DNA of 64,000 bases, taken from the NCBI RefSeq assembly GCF_003019035.1, contig NZ_CP027447.1. One strand, written 5' to 3'. The notes under the pieces are model-generated. The model ran no database searches. It was not told the DNA's origin and was given only the letters and a program-made list of their open reading frames with translations. The DNA is from Escherichia coli. GTDB taxonomy: Bacteria; Pseudomonadota; Gammaproteobacteria; Enterobacterales; Enterobacteriaceae. Below are positions 22,486-36,497 of the stretch, in pieces; within the stretch, counting starts at the first letter, position 1; the number at the start of each line of letters is the position of its first letter. The position numbers and the translations under genes were made by a program.

Positions 22486-23346
22486 ATGAGCAGCAACACA
22501 TTTACTCTCGGTACAAAATCCGTTAACCGTCTTGGTTATGGCGCGATGCAACTGGCAGGTCCTGGGGTTTTTGGCCCCCCAAGAGATCGCCACGTCGCTA
22601 TAACTGTGCTGCGCGAGGCGCTGGCATTGGGCGTCAATCACATTGATACCAGCGACTTTTATGGTCCGCACGTCACCAATCAGATTATCCGCGAAGCGCT
22701 TTATCCTTACTCTGACGACCTGACCATTGTTACTAAAATTGGGGCGCGGCGTGGAGAGGACGCCTCCTGGTTGCCCGCATTTTCTCCGGCAGAGTTGCAA
22801 AAAGCGGTGCACGATAATCTACGTAATCTCGGGCTGGACGTACTGGATGTGGTTAACCTGCGCGTTATGATGGGGGATGGTCATGGCCCAGCGGAAGGAT
22901 CGATTGAAGCCAGCCTGACCGTGCTGGCAGAGATGCAAGAACAAGGCCTGGTAAAACATATTGGTCTGAGCAACGTTACACCGACGCAGGTTGCAGAGGC
23001 GCGTAAGATTACCGAAATCGTCTGTGTGCAGAACGAATACAACATTGCTCATCGTGCTGATGACGCAATGATTGATGCTTTGGCTCGTGACGGCATTGCC
23101 TACGTGCCGTTCTTTCCGCTCGGGGGCTTTACGCCGCTGCAATCTTCAACGCTTTCCGATGTTGCTGCGAGCCTGGGTGCAACACCAATGCAGGTAGCGC
23201 TGGCGTGGCTGTTACAACGTTCACCGAATATTTTGTTGATTCCTGGAACATCTTCTGTTGCGCATTTACGGGAGAATATGGCCGCAGAAAAATTGCATCT
23301 TTCTGAGGAAGTGTTGTCTACGTTGGATGGTATTTCGCGAGAATAA
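22486..23346 (+). CDS. ydbC: Aldo-keto reductase family oxidoreductase YdbC, 286 aa
   Basis: ORF track; AKR-like N-terminal pattern LGYGAMQLAG... Confidence 0.88.
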   Translation: MSSNTFTLGTKSVNRLGYGAMQLAGPGVFGPPRDRHVAITVLREALALGVNHIDTSDFYGPHVTNQIIREALYPYSDDLTIVTKIGARRGEDASWLPAFSPAELQKAVHDNLRNLGLDVLDVVNLRVMMGDGHGPAEGSIEASLTVLAEMQEQGLVKHIGLSNVTPTQVAEARKITEIVCVQNEYNIAHRADDAMIDALARDGIAYVPFFPLGGFTPLQSSTLSDVAASLGATPMQVALAWLLQRSPNILLIPGTSSVAHLRENMAAEKLHLSEEVLSTLDGISRE

Positions 23347-23356
23347 CGAATATACA

Positions 23357-23391
23357 AAAGGGAAAGATGCATTTCCCTTTTGTTTCTTTTT
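23357..23391 (+). terminator. Rho-independent terminator after ydbC
   Basis: Hairpin AAGGGAAA-GATGCA-TTTCCCTT followed by a T-rich run. Confidence 0.65.
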
Positions 23392-23409
23392 TAATGGCAT
23401 GGAGTGCAT

Positions 23410-25716
23410 ATGTTTAAGCCCAGGATTTGCAGCTGGATAGGTTTACTTCCCCTGTTTATGCTGAGTCTTCCAGTACAGGCGGACCTTCGATGTGTTGCAA
23501 ATGCAGTTGATATTGAACCATTTTTTTCTGCGGCTACCGCTGAAGATAAACAACAAGTTGAACAAGCTATCAACAGTAGCGTGAATCTTGTCCCCTTCGG
23601 TTTATCTGCATCGGACTGGAAAGTGCATCGTGGCGATTTAGTGGTAGACGGTAATATAGAGAGTAATCAAAAATTGATTGTTCTTGGCAATTTGACAGTC
23701 AAAGGTAATATTTCCACTTTCTCTCTTTCTAATCCATGGGTTATTCTCGGTAACGTGACGGCAACGAATATAGTTACGGATTCACCACTGTTAATTACCG
23801 GTTCGATAAATGCAAGTGGACTGGTATTTATCGACTCATATTACGATAATCCGTCTACGATTAAGGGGAGTATTAATGCGCGTGGGATATTTATCAATGA
23901 CATAATTGCACCTGTTGTTGCGTCTTCGACAAATAGTGAATTCATGGTCCGTGCGAGTGACAAAAATGACACTGAAAATGTCAAAAAAGCGCTGATGATA
24001 ATAAATCCTGATGCATATTATTGGGATCTAATAAATGATGAAGATGCTCTGAAAGAAATTTTTAAGCGAAGCAATATTCGCATGGCAGGGAATGTCTGTA
24101 ATCTGATGAAAAAAGAAGCGCTGTTTCGCCCTAAGCCTTCTCCTGAGTTAGTGCAGGAATTGCAAATGCTGGATGAAGGCAACGTTGCTGCATTTGAAGG
24201 ACGAGATATTGCGACATTTGATCTTGCCATAATGCGAACTCTCCCAAGGCTTAAAGGAATTTCAGCTAACCTACGCAAACAACTTATTAATAGCAATGAT
24301 GGACAAACGATTGAAAGTATGGCGAGATATATGCCTGACAATGAGATTCTGGAGTTGACCGATCAGCAATTGGGTTACCAGCCTGTTGTTCTGGGGTTGC
24401 TCGACCGTGAACCGCTCTCTGTCGAAATAATGACGCGAATGAGTCATCTACCTGATGGTGTCGGTCCGTTGAATCTTGCGCTACGTGAAAATCTCCCTCT
24501 GGATATCGTCATGACTCTGGCGAAAAGAGATTGGGATATGATCATTCAGGAGCTTTATAAAGATGCGTGGTTATTGCCCGAATCCATTATTGATGGCTAT
24601 ATCCGCAGTAATGATCCCACAATTCGTCAGGTCGGTGCTGGAGGACAACTCACCTACAATCAGGCAATGCAGTTGGCGAACGATTCATCAAACGATGTTG
24701 TCACAAGCTTAGCGTCAAAGCTGGCAGAGATGAAACACCATGGTCAATTGTTGCGGATGACGCCACAAGAGAGTGACAAAATAGCAGTATATTTATACCA
24801 AAAATTCGAGAATGACGATGATCTAATAGGTGCGTTATTTTTAGCGTTGCCAGATAACTTACAGTTTAATTTTGTTAAAAGGATGGAGAAAAAATCCCCT
24901 GCCTACTTTTGCTGTCGGGATATGCAGGTAATTCACTCTGACGCTGCTTTACAACGGTTATTGACACGTTTCAACGATCCTGAGGGGTGGAGTAATCTGG
25001 CGAAAAATCAGTATCTGAGTACGGCGATGAAACAAAAAATTTGGCATCGCGCTTTATTGCATCGAAAAAATAATCCGAAAGCAGATTCTGCAGCATATGA
25101 AACCAGCGCTGATATGATTTTGTCGGAGCTTATCAGCTACGGTGAAGTTGATGACCAGATGCTATTAAATGCCGCCTCTCTGATACGTTCGGAAGGCTGG
25201 GACTTTTTAGAGAGTGCATTAGTTAGTTGGGATAATTTACCCGCTGTTGTCCTCAAGGAATTACAGCAAAATATGCCACGCAATGATATTTGGGCGAAGT
25301 TTTTTCTGAGGCAGGAAAACAGCTCTCGTGCGCAGGTTAACGAAGCGTTACGTGTTTATTATGCACTAGACCCCGATGCGTTAGCACAACTGGATGTACT
25401 GGCAAAACAACCGGATCGTATATGGTGGAGTACACTGGCGAAAAGCAATCTCACATTTTTCAAGTTCGGCGCACTTAACAACCGCCACACACCGCCTGCA
25501 GTACTGGCGGCAGAAATTGATCCCGAGTGGTGGATTGTGGCGATGAATAATCCCCGTTTTCCAGTTGATGTATTAAAGGCGAGGCTGAAACGTGATCCTT
25601 TGCTGGCGTTAGAGCTTGTTAACCCTGAACTGGATTTAGTCCGCCAGCTGGCGCTTAACGGTAAGACGCGCGCAATACGGGAACAAGCGATGAGAAAACT
25701 TGATGAGTTGTATTGA
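23410..25716 (+). CDS. ydbD: Uncharacterised secreted protein YdbD, 768 aa
   Basis: ORF track frame; ATG at 23410 with GGAG 5 nt upstream; signal peptide; length matches YdbD. Confidence 0.8.
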   Translation: MFKPRICSWIGLLPLFMLSLPVQADLRCVANAVDIEPFFSAATAEDKQQVEQAINSSVNLVPFGLSASDWKVHRGDLVVDGNIESNQKLIVLGNLTVKGNISTFSLSNPWVILGNVTATNIVTDSPLLITGSINASGLVFIDSYYDNPSTIKGSINARGIFINDIIAPVVASSTNSEFMVRASDKNDTENVKKALMIINPDAYYWDLINDEDALKEIFKRSNIRMAGNVCNLMKKEALFRPKPSPELVQELQMLDEGNVAAFEGRDIATFDLAIMRTLPRLKGISANLRKQLINSNDGQTIESMARYMPDNEILELTDQQLGYQPVVLGLLDREPLSVEIMTRMSHLPDGVGPLNLALRENLPLDIVMTLAKRDWDMIIQELYKDAWLLPESIIDGYIRSNDPTIRQVGAGGQLTYNQAMQLANDSSNDVVTSLASKLAEMKHHGQLLRMTPQESDKIAVYLYQKFENDDDLIGALFLALPDNLQFNFVKRMEKKSPAYFCCRDMQVIHSDAALQRLLTRFNDPEGWSNLAKNQYLSTAMKQKIWHRALLHRKNNPKADSAAYETSADMILSELISYGEVDDQMLLNAASLIRSEGWDFLESALVSWDNLPAVVLKELQQNMPRNDIWAKFFLRQENSSRAQVNEALRVYYALDPDALAQLDVLAKQPDRIWWSTLAKSNLTFFKFGALNNRHTPPAVLAAEIDPEWWIVAMNNPRFPVDVLKARLKRDPLLALELVNPELDLVRQLALNGKTRAIREQAMRKLDELY

Positions 25717-25886
25717 ATAACAGCGTAATAATTTTTAACCACTTGATTTATTGGGGATAATCATTCCTGACGGTGAGTCCCCAATACCTTGATATATTCT
25801 GAATTTTTAATGAAGCGGCGTGTTGCGATATCTCCGTCAGGGGAATTGATGCACCATAGCGCAAACCGAATTATCAAGGATTGATA

Positions 25887-26492
25887 ATGACGCTATACCA
25901 GATAAAACCGCTCTTTCAGTCGCTGTTAAGGCCGACGATGTTTTGGCTTAATAAGCACCATGTTACAGCGAATCACATCACTCTTGCTGCACTGGCGCTT
26001 TCTCTTCTTACCGGATTGCTGTTGATGTTGGTGGCACAACCCATCCTCTTTTTGCTATTGCCTATCGTGCTTTTTATCCGTATGGCGCTCAATGCGCTGG
26101 ATGGCATGATGGCGCGTGAGTGCAATCAGCAAACACGTCTTGGGGCGATTTTGAATGAAACTGGCGATGTTATTTCCGATATTGCGCTTTATTTACCGTT
26201 TTTATTTTTACCGGAAAGTAACGCATCACTCGTAATACTCATGTTATTTTGCACCATATTAACTGAGTTTTGCGGTTTACTCGCGCAGACGATTAACGGT
26301 ATTCGCAGTTATGCCGGTCCATTCGGCAAAAGCGATCGTGCGTTAATATTTGGGTTGTGGGGGCTGGCTGTTGCCATTTATCCACAGTGGATGCAATGGA
26401 ATAATCTTTTATGGAGCATTGCTTCAATTTTGCTTCTCTGGACTGCGATTAATCGTTGTCGAAGTGTGCTCCTGATGAGTGCTGAAAGATAA
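25887..26492 (+). CDS. ynbA: CDP-alcohol phosphatidyltransferase-family membrane protein YnbA, 201 aa
   Basis: ORF track frame, ATG start; motif DGMMAR-x8-G-...-D-x3-D resembling the CDP-alcohol phosphotransferase signature. Confidence 0.85.
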   Translation: MTLYQIKPLFQSLLRPTMFWLNKHHVTANHITLAALALSLLTGLLLMLVAQPILFLLLPIVLFIRMALNALDGMMARECNQQTRLGAILNETGDVISDIALYLPFLFLPESNASLVILMLFCTILTEFCGLLAQTINGIRSYAGPFGKSDRALIFGLWGLAVAIYPQWMQWNNLLWSIASILLLWTAINRCRSVLLMSAER

Positions 26493-27388
26493 TGCTGGAA
26501 AAATCTCTGGCAACACTTTTCGCGTTGTTAATTTTAGCAACGCTGATAAACCGTTTTCTGATATGGCGGTTACCGGAGGGAAAAGGGGGTGAGGTTACAT
26601 TACGTATTCGTACCTGGTGGGGCATCGTCATTTGTTTTTCACTGGTGATTTCAGGTCCACGCTGGATGACGTTGACGTTTTTTGCGCTGATAAGTTTTCT
26701 GGCATTGAAAGAATATTGTACGCTTATATCCGTACATTTTCCGCGTTGGTTATATTGGGGTATTCCTCTTAACTATTTGCTTATTGGTTTTAATTGCTTT
26801 GAGCTGTTTCTGTTATTTATACCTTTGGCTGGGTTTCTGATATTAGCCACATGGCGAGTTTTAGTGGGTGACCCCTCCGGTTTTCTGCATACCGTGAGCG
26901 CCATTTTTTGTGGCTGGATAATGACCGTTTTCGCCTTGAGTCATGCCGCCTGGTTATTAATGTTGCCAACCACAAATATCCAGGGCGGGGCGTTACTGGT
27001 GTTATTTCTTTTGGCATTAACCGAGTCAAACGATATTGCACAGTATTTATGGGGAAAATCCTGCGGCAGAAGAAAAGTGGTCCCTAAAGTCAGCCCGGGA
27101 AAAACATTGGAAGGTCTGATGGGCGGCGTAATCACCACCATGATTGCGTCACTGATTATTGGACCGTTGCTGACACCGCTAGATACATTACAGGCATTAT
27201 TAGCGGGTTTGTTAATTGGTATTAGTGGTTTTTGCGGCGATGTAGTGATGTCAGCCATCAAACGAGATATTGGTGTTAAAGATAGTGGAAAACTATTACC
27301 AGGACATGGCGGACTCCTTGACAGGATTGACTCATTAATTTTCACCGCTCCGGTATTTTTTTATTTTATTCGCTACTGCTGTTACTGA
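26492..27388 (+). CDS. ynbB: Phosphatidate cytidylyltransferase (CdsA)-like membrane protein YnbB, 298 aa
   Basis: ORF track; TAATG overlap with ynbA; CdsA C-terminal signature SAIKRDIGVKDSGKLLPGHGGLLDRIDS. Confidence 0.88.
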   Translation: MLEKSLATLFALLILATLINRFLIWRLPEGKGGEVTLRIRTWWGIVICFSLVISGPRWMTLTFFALISFLALKEYCTLISVHFPRWLYWGIPLNYLLIGFNCFELFLLFIPLAGFLILATWRVLVGDPSGFLHTVSAIFCGWIMTVFALSHAAWLLMLPTTNIQGGALLVLFLLALTESNDIAQYLWGKSCGRRKVVPKVSPGKTLEGLMGGVITTMIASLIIGPLLTPLDTLQALLAGLLIGISGFCGDVVMSAIKRDIGVKDSGKLLPGHGGLLDRIDSLIFTAPVFFYFIRYCCY

Positions 27389-27403
27389 AGGAAAACAGAG
27401 AAA

Positions 27404-30467
<3,064 letters not shown>

Positions 30468-30476
30468 GCGGATTGA

Positions 30477-30506
30477 GATGTGGACTGAATATCTACAGTC
30501 CACATC
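30477..30506. terminator. Bidirectional terminator hairpin between convergent ynbD and azoR
   Basis: Perfect 11-bp inverted repeat GATGTGGACTG / CAGTCCACATC with an 8-nt loop. Confidence 0.6.
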
Positions 30507-30520
30507 AAAATAGTGTCCGG

Positions 30521-31135
<615 letters not shown>

Positions 31136-31326
31136 TTATAGATGTTTGAATGGGCGATGCCCCGTTGCTTGCTGACACTTTATTCACAATCCTGCCACAG
31201 AGATAGCGCAATAAATCGAAGCCTATGTTCGAATTTATTGAACAACGCATAGAAAGCCGCGATGTGGTACTCTATATCTATCATTTAAAAGAAAATTAAT
31301 CAGGCAGCCTACTGCCCACTAACGTT

Positions 31327-34300
31327 ATGACAGAACAACAAAAATTGACCTTTACGGCCTTGCAGCAGCGGCTGGATTCGCTGATGCTGCGCGACAGACA
31401 GCGTTTTTCTCGCCGTCTGCACGGTGTTAAGAAGGTTAAAAATCCTGATGCACAACAGGCCATTTTCCAGGAGATGGCGAAAGAGATTGACCAGGCGGCA
31501 GGGAAAGTACTGCTGCGTGAAGCGGCACGACCGGAAATCACTTATCCCGACAATTTGCCGGTTAGTCAGAAAAAGCAGGACATTCTCGACGCGATTCGTG
31601 ATCACCAGGTGGTGATCGTCGCCGGGGAAACCGGTTCCGGTAAAACGACTCAGCTACCGAAAATCTGTATGGAGCTGGGGCGCGGTATTAAAGGGCTGAT
31701 CGGTCATACCCAACCGCGTCGCCTGGCGGCACGAACGGTGGCTAACCGTATTGCGGAAGAGCTGAAAACGGAGCCGGGCGGTTGCATCGGTTACAAAGTG
31801 CGTTTCAGCGATCACGTAAGTGATAACACGATGGTCAAGCTGATGACCGACGGTATCCTGCTGGCAGAGATCCAGCAAGACCGCCTGCTGATGCAGTACG
31901 ACACCATCATTATTGACGAAGCGCACGAACGCAGCCTGAATATCGATTTTCTGCTCGGCTATTTGAAAGAGTTGCTGCCGCGGCGTCCTGACCTAAAAAT
32001 CATTATTACTTCCGCGACTATCGACCCGGAACGCTTTTCGCGCCACTTTAATAATGCGCCGATTATCGAAGTCTCCGGTCGGACCTATCCGGTGGAAGTG
32101 CGCTATCGCCCGATCGTTGAAGAAGCTGATGACACCGAGCGCGATCAGTTGCAGGCGATTTTTGACGCCGTAGACGAACTGAGCCAGGAAAGCCCTGGCG
32201 ACATTCTGATCTTTATGAGCGGTGAGCGGGAAATTCGCGATACCGCCGATGCGCTGAACAAGCTAAATCTGCGGCATACCGAAATCTTGCCGCTTTATGC
32301 GCGGCTTTCGAACAGCGAACAGAACCGCGTGTTCCAGTCGCACAGTGGACGGCGCATTGTGCTGGCGACCAACGTCGCGGAAACCTCGCTGACCGTACCG
32401 GGTATTAAATACGTTATCGACCCCGGTACAGCGCGTATCAGCCGCTACAGCTATCGCACCAAAGTGCAGCGTTTGCCGATTGAACCCATTTCGCAGGCGT
32501 CTGCCAATCAGCGTAAAGGCCGCTGTGGTCGTGTGTCCGAAGGGATCTGTATTCGTCTCTATTCCGAAGACGATTTCCTTTCGCGCCCGGAATTTACCGA
32601 TCCGGAGATTCTGCGTACCAACCTGGCCTCGGTTATTTTGCAGATGACTGCGCTGGGGCTGGGCGATATCGCTGCGTTCCCGTTTGTTGAAGCACCGGAT
32701 AAACGCAATATCCAGGATGGCGTGCGTCTGCTCGAAGAACTGGGCGCGATCACCACGGATGAACAGGCCAGCGCCTATAAACTGACGCCGCTCGGTCGCC
32801 AGCTCTCGCAGTTGCCTGTCGACCCACGTCTGGCGCGTATGGTGCTGGAAGCGCAAAAACATGGCTGCGTGCGTGAGGCGATGATTATCACGTCCGCGCT
32901 CTCCATTCAGGATCCGCGCGAGCGTCCGATGGATAAACAGCAGGCATCGGACGAAAAACATCGTCGCTTCCACGACAAAGAATCCGACTTCCTCGCGTTT
33001 GTAAATCTGTGGAATTATCTTGGCGAGCAGCAAAAGGCGCTTTCTTCCAACGCCTTCCGTCGCCTGTGTCGTACCGATTATCTCAACTATCTGCGCGTGC
33101 GCGAATGGCAGGATATCTACACCCAGTTGCGCCAGGTGGTGAAAGAACTTGGCATTCCGGTTAACAGCGAACCGGCGGAGTATCGTGAAATTCACATTGC
33201 GTTGCTGACGGGTTTACTTTCCCATATCGGCATGAAAGATGCCGATAAACAAGAATATACCGGCGCACGTAACGCGCGTTTCTCCATTTTCCCCGGTTCC
33301 GGCTTATTTAAAAAGCCGCCGAAATGGGTAATGGTGGCGGAACTGGTAGAAACCAGCCGCCTGTGGGGGCGCATTGCTGCGCGTATCGACCCGGAATGGG
33401 TAGAACCCGTTGCTCAGCATTTGATTAAACGCACCTACAGCGAACCGCACTGGGAACGGGCGCAGGGCGCGGTGATGGCAACGGAAAAAGTCACTGTTTA
33501 TGGTTTGCCGATTGTTGCTGCGCGCAAGGTCAACTACAGCCAGATCGATCCGGCGTTATGTCGTGAACTCTTTATTCGCCACGCTCTGGTGGAAGGTGAC
33601 TGGCAGACGCGTCACGCATTCTTCCGTGAAAACCTGAAACTGCGGGCCGAAGTGGAAGAGCTGGAACACAAATCACGTCGCCGCGATATTCTGGTTGATG
33701 ACGAAACGTTGTTTGAGTTCTACGACCAGCGCATCAGCCACGATGTAATCTCCGCTCGTCACTTCGACAGCTGGTGGAAAAAAGTCAGCCGCGAAACGCC
33801 TGATTTGCTCAACTTTGAAAAGAGCATGTTGATCAAAGAAGGGGCGGAAAAAATCAGCAAGCTGGATTATCCGAACTTCTGGCATCAGAGCAATCTCAAG
33901 CTGCGTTTGAGCTATCAGTTTGAGCCCGGCGCGGATGCTGACGGTGTGACTGTGCATATCCCGCTGCCGCTGCTTAATCAGGTAGAAGAGAGCGGGTTTG
34001 AATGGCAAATCCCCGGCCTGCGCCGCGAACTGGTGATTGCTCTGATTAAATCGTTGCCGAAACCGGTACGCCGTAATTTTGTACCTGCGCCAAACTATGC
34101 CGAAGCGTTTTTAGGCCGCGTCAAACCGCTGGAGTTACCGTTGCTCGACAGTCTTGAGCGCGAGTTACGGCGGATGACCGGTGTTACCGTTGACCGCGAA
34201 GACTGGCACTGGGATCAGGTGCCCGATCACCTGAAAATCACCTTCCGCGTGGTGGATGACAAAAACAAGAAGCTAAAAGAAGGGCGCTCTCTACAAGATC

Positions 34301-35229
34301 TGAAAGATGCGCTGAAAGGCAAAGTGCAGGAAACGCTGTCTGCGGTGGCGGATGACGGTATCGAGCAGAGCGGCTTACATATCTGGAGTTTTGGTCAGCT
34401 GCCGGAAAGCTACGAACAGAAGCGTGGTAACTACAAAGTGAAGGCGTGGCCGGCGCTGGTGGATGAACGCGACAGCGTGGCGATCAAACTGTTTGATAAT
34501 CCGCTGGAACAAAAGCAGGCAATGTGGAACGGTCTTCGCCGTCTACTGCTGCTGAATATTCCATCGCCGATCAAGTATTTGCATGAAAAGTTACCGAACA
34601 AAGCCAAGCTGGGGCTGTACTTTAACCCGTATGGCAAAGTGCTGGAGCTGATCGACGACTGTATCTCCTGCGGGGTGGATCAACTGATCGACGCCAATGG
34701 TGGCCCGGTCTGGACGGAAGAAGGCTTTGCTGCGCTGCATGAGAAAGTGCGTGCCGAACTGAACGACACGGTGGTGGATATTGCGAAGCAGGTCGAGCAA
34801 ATTCTTACGGCAGTGTTCAATATCAACAAACGTCTGAAAGGGCGGGTGGATATGACCATGGCGCTGGGGCTTTCTGACATTAAAGCGCAGATGGGCGGGC
34901 TGGTGTATCGCGGTTTTGTGACTGGTAACGGCTTCAAACGGTTGGGCGACACGCTGCGTTATTTGCAGGCGATTGAAAAACGACTGGAAAAACTGGCGGT
35001 TGATCCGCATCGTGACCGTGCTCAGATGCTGAAAGTCGAAAACGTCCAGCAGGCGTGGCAGCAATGGATCAACAAACTGCCGCCTGCACGTCGTGAGGAT
35101 GAAGACGTGAAAGAGATCCGCTGGATGATAGAAGAGCTGCGCGTCAGCTACTTCGCTCAACAACTTGGTACGCCTTATCCGATTTCGGATAAGCGTATTT
35201 TGCAGGCGATGGAGCAGATTAGCGGTTAA
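31327..35229 (+). CDS. hrpA: ATP-dependent RNA helicase HrpA (DEAH-box), 1300 aa
   Basis: ORF track; Walker A GETGSGKT, DEAH motif IIIDEAHER. Confidence 0.95.
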   Translation: MTEQQKLTFTALQQRLDSLMLRDRQRFSRRLHGVKKVKNPDAQQAIFQEMAKEIDQAAGKVLLREAARPEITYPDNLPVSQKKQDILDAIRDHQVVIVAGETGSGKTTQLPKICMELGRGIKGLIGHTQPRRLAARTVANRIAEELKTEPGGCIGYKVRFSDHVSDNTMVKLMTDGILLAEIQQDRLLMQYDTIIIDEAHERSLNIDFLLGYLKELLPRRPDLKIIITSATIDPERFSRHFNNAPIIEVSGRTYPVEVRYRPIVEEADDTERDQLQAIFDAVDELSQESPGDILIFMSGEREIRDTADALNKLNLRHTEILPLYARLSNSEQNRVFQSHSGRRIVLATNVAETSLTVPGIKYVIDPGTARISRYSYRTKVQRLPIEPISQASANQRKGRCGRVSEGICIRLYSEDDFLSRPEFTDPEILRTNLASVILQMTALGLGDIAAFPFVEAPDKRNIQDGVRLLEELGAITTDEQASAYKLTPLGRQLSQLPVDPRLARMVLEAQKHGCVREAMIITSALSIQDPRERPMDKQQASDEKHRRFHDKESDFLAFVNLWNYLGEQQKALSSNAFRRLCRTDYLNYLRVREWQDIYTQLRQVVKELGIPVNSEPAEYREIHIALLTGLLSHIGMKDADKQEYTGARNARFSIFPGSGLFKKPPKWVMVAELVETSRLWGRIAARIDPEWVEPVAQHLIKRTYSEPHWERAQGAVMATEKVTVYGLPIVAARKVNYSQIDPALCRELFIRHALVEGDWQTRHAFFRENLKLRAEVEELEHKSRRRDILVDDETLFEFYDQRISHDVISARHFDSWWKKVSRETPDLLNFEKSMLIKEGAEKISKLDYPNFWHQSNLKLRLSYQFEPGADADGVTVHIPLPLLNQVEESGFEWQIPGLRRELVIALIKSLPKPVRRNFVPAPNYAEAFLGRVKPLELPLLDSLERELRRMTGVTVDREDWHWDQVPDHLKITFRVVDDKNKKLKEGRSLQDLKDALKGKVQETLSAVADDGIEQSGLHIWSFGQLPESYEQKRGNYKVKAWPALVDERDSVAIKLFDNPLEQKQAMWNGLRRLLLLNIPSPIKYLHEKLPNKAKLGLYFNPYGKVLELIDDCISCGVDQLIDANGGPVWTEEGFAALHEKVRAELNDTVVDIAKQVEQILTAVFNINKRLKGRVDMTMALGLSDIKAQMGGLVYRGFVTGNGFKRLGDTLRYLQAIEKRLEKLAVDPHRDRAQMLKVENVQQAWQQWINKLPPARREDEDVKEIRWMIEELRVSYFAQQLGTPYPISDKRILQAMEQISG

Positions 35230-35256
35230 CCCTGCTATTTGCCTGATAAATCTAAA

Positions 35257-35290
35257 ACCCGGTAAGCATTTAGCGCCGGGTTTTTTATTA
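35257..35290 (+). terminator. Rho-independent terminator after hrpA
   Basis: AAACCCGGTAAGCATTTAGCGCCGGG followed by TTTTTTATT. Confidence 0.65.
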
Positions 35291-35500
35291 ATTCTAAAAC
35301 GGTAAGCGAAAAAATTCAGGAATTCAGAAAAATACAATTCTCTGCTGCAAGATGAATAATGTTTATCTACAGCATTTCCTTAAAAGATATGTCAGGCTTG
35401 CGGAGTGGCGGTTAAGGGAATACGACTTCCTCCTTTCAGAGTGCTCCGCTTCTCACTATTATCTCACGCAGTATTCTTAAGGGAACGATAAGGAGGAACC

Positions 35501-36301
35501 ATGAACATTACCCCGTTTCCGACGCTTTCGCCGGCAACCATAGATGCCATAAATGTTATCGGACAGTGGCTGGCGCAGGATGATTTCTCCGGTGAGGTGC
35601 CGTATCAGGCCGATTGCGTGATCCTTGCAGGCAATGCGGTTATGCCGACTATCGACGCGGCATGTAAGATTGCTCGCGATCAGCAAATTCCTTTACTGAT
35701 TAGTGGTGGTATCGGTCACTCGACAACTTTTTTGTATAACGCCATCGCACAGCATCCGCACTACAACACTATCCGCGCCACCGGCAGAGCAGAAGCTACC
35801 ATTCTGGCGGATATCGCTCATCAGTTCTGGCACATTCCGCATGAAAAAATCTGGATTGAAGACCAGTCAACAAACTGCGGTGAAAACGCACGCTTTAGCA
35901 TCGCGCTATTGAATCAGGCCGTAGAACGAGTTCACACAGCTATCGTTGTACAGGACCCCACCATGCAGCGGCGCACGATGGCGACGTTCCGCCGTATGAC
36001 CGGGGACAATCCCGATGCACCACGCTGGTTGAGTTATCCCGGATTCGTTCCTCAGTTAGGAAATAACGCAGACAGTGTAATCTTTGTTAATCCGTTGCAA
36101 GGATTATGGCCGGTTGAGCGTTATCTATCGCTACTCACTGGCGAGCTGCCGCGTTTACGCGATGATAGCGATGGCTACGGCCCCCGCGGGCGAGATTTTA
36201 TCGTTCACGTTGATTTTCCGGCAGAAGTCATTCAGGCATGGCAAACGCTGAAACACGATGCGGTGCTCATCGAGGCGATGGAAAGTCGCTCGTTACGTTA
36301 A
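35501..36301 (+). CDS. ydcF: DUF218-family protein YdcF, 266 aa
   Basis: ORF track; AGGAGG RBS 5 nt upstream of ATG. Confidence 0.88.
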   Translation: MNITPFPTLSPATIDAINVIGQWLAQDDFSGEVPYQADCVILAGNAVMPTIDAACKIARDQQIPLLISGGIGHSTTFLYNAIAQHPHYNTIRATGRAEATILADIAHQFWHIPHEKIWIEDQSTNCGENARFSIALLNQAVERVHTAIVVQDPTMQRRTMATFRRMTGDNPDAPRWLSYPGFVPQLGNNADSVIFVNPLQGLWPVERYLSLLTGELPRLRDDSDGYGPRGRDFIVHVDFPAEVIQAWQTLKHDAVLIEAMESRSLR

Positions 36302-36497
36302 AAATTGCCCGTTTGTGAACCACTTGTTTGCAAACGGGCATAACTCCTGCCTTTTATTTCTGCCTCTTATTCCTTTTACACTTGTTTTTATGAAGCCCTT
36401 CACAGAATTGTCCTTTCATGATGCCGTCTCTCTGATGATTGATGTTAATTAACAATGTATTTACCAAAAACAAACATATAAATCACAGGAGTCGCTC

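Noticed and set aside
32263-33195. 310-aa minus-strand ORF
   Set aside because: Entirely inside hrpA on the opposite strand; hrpA has strong helicase motifs in its own frame.
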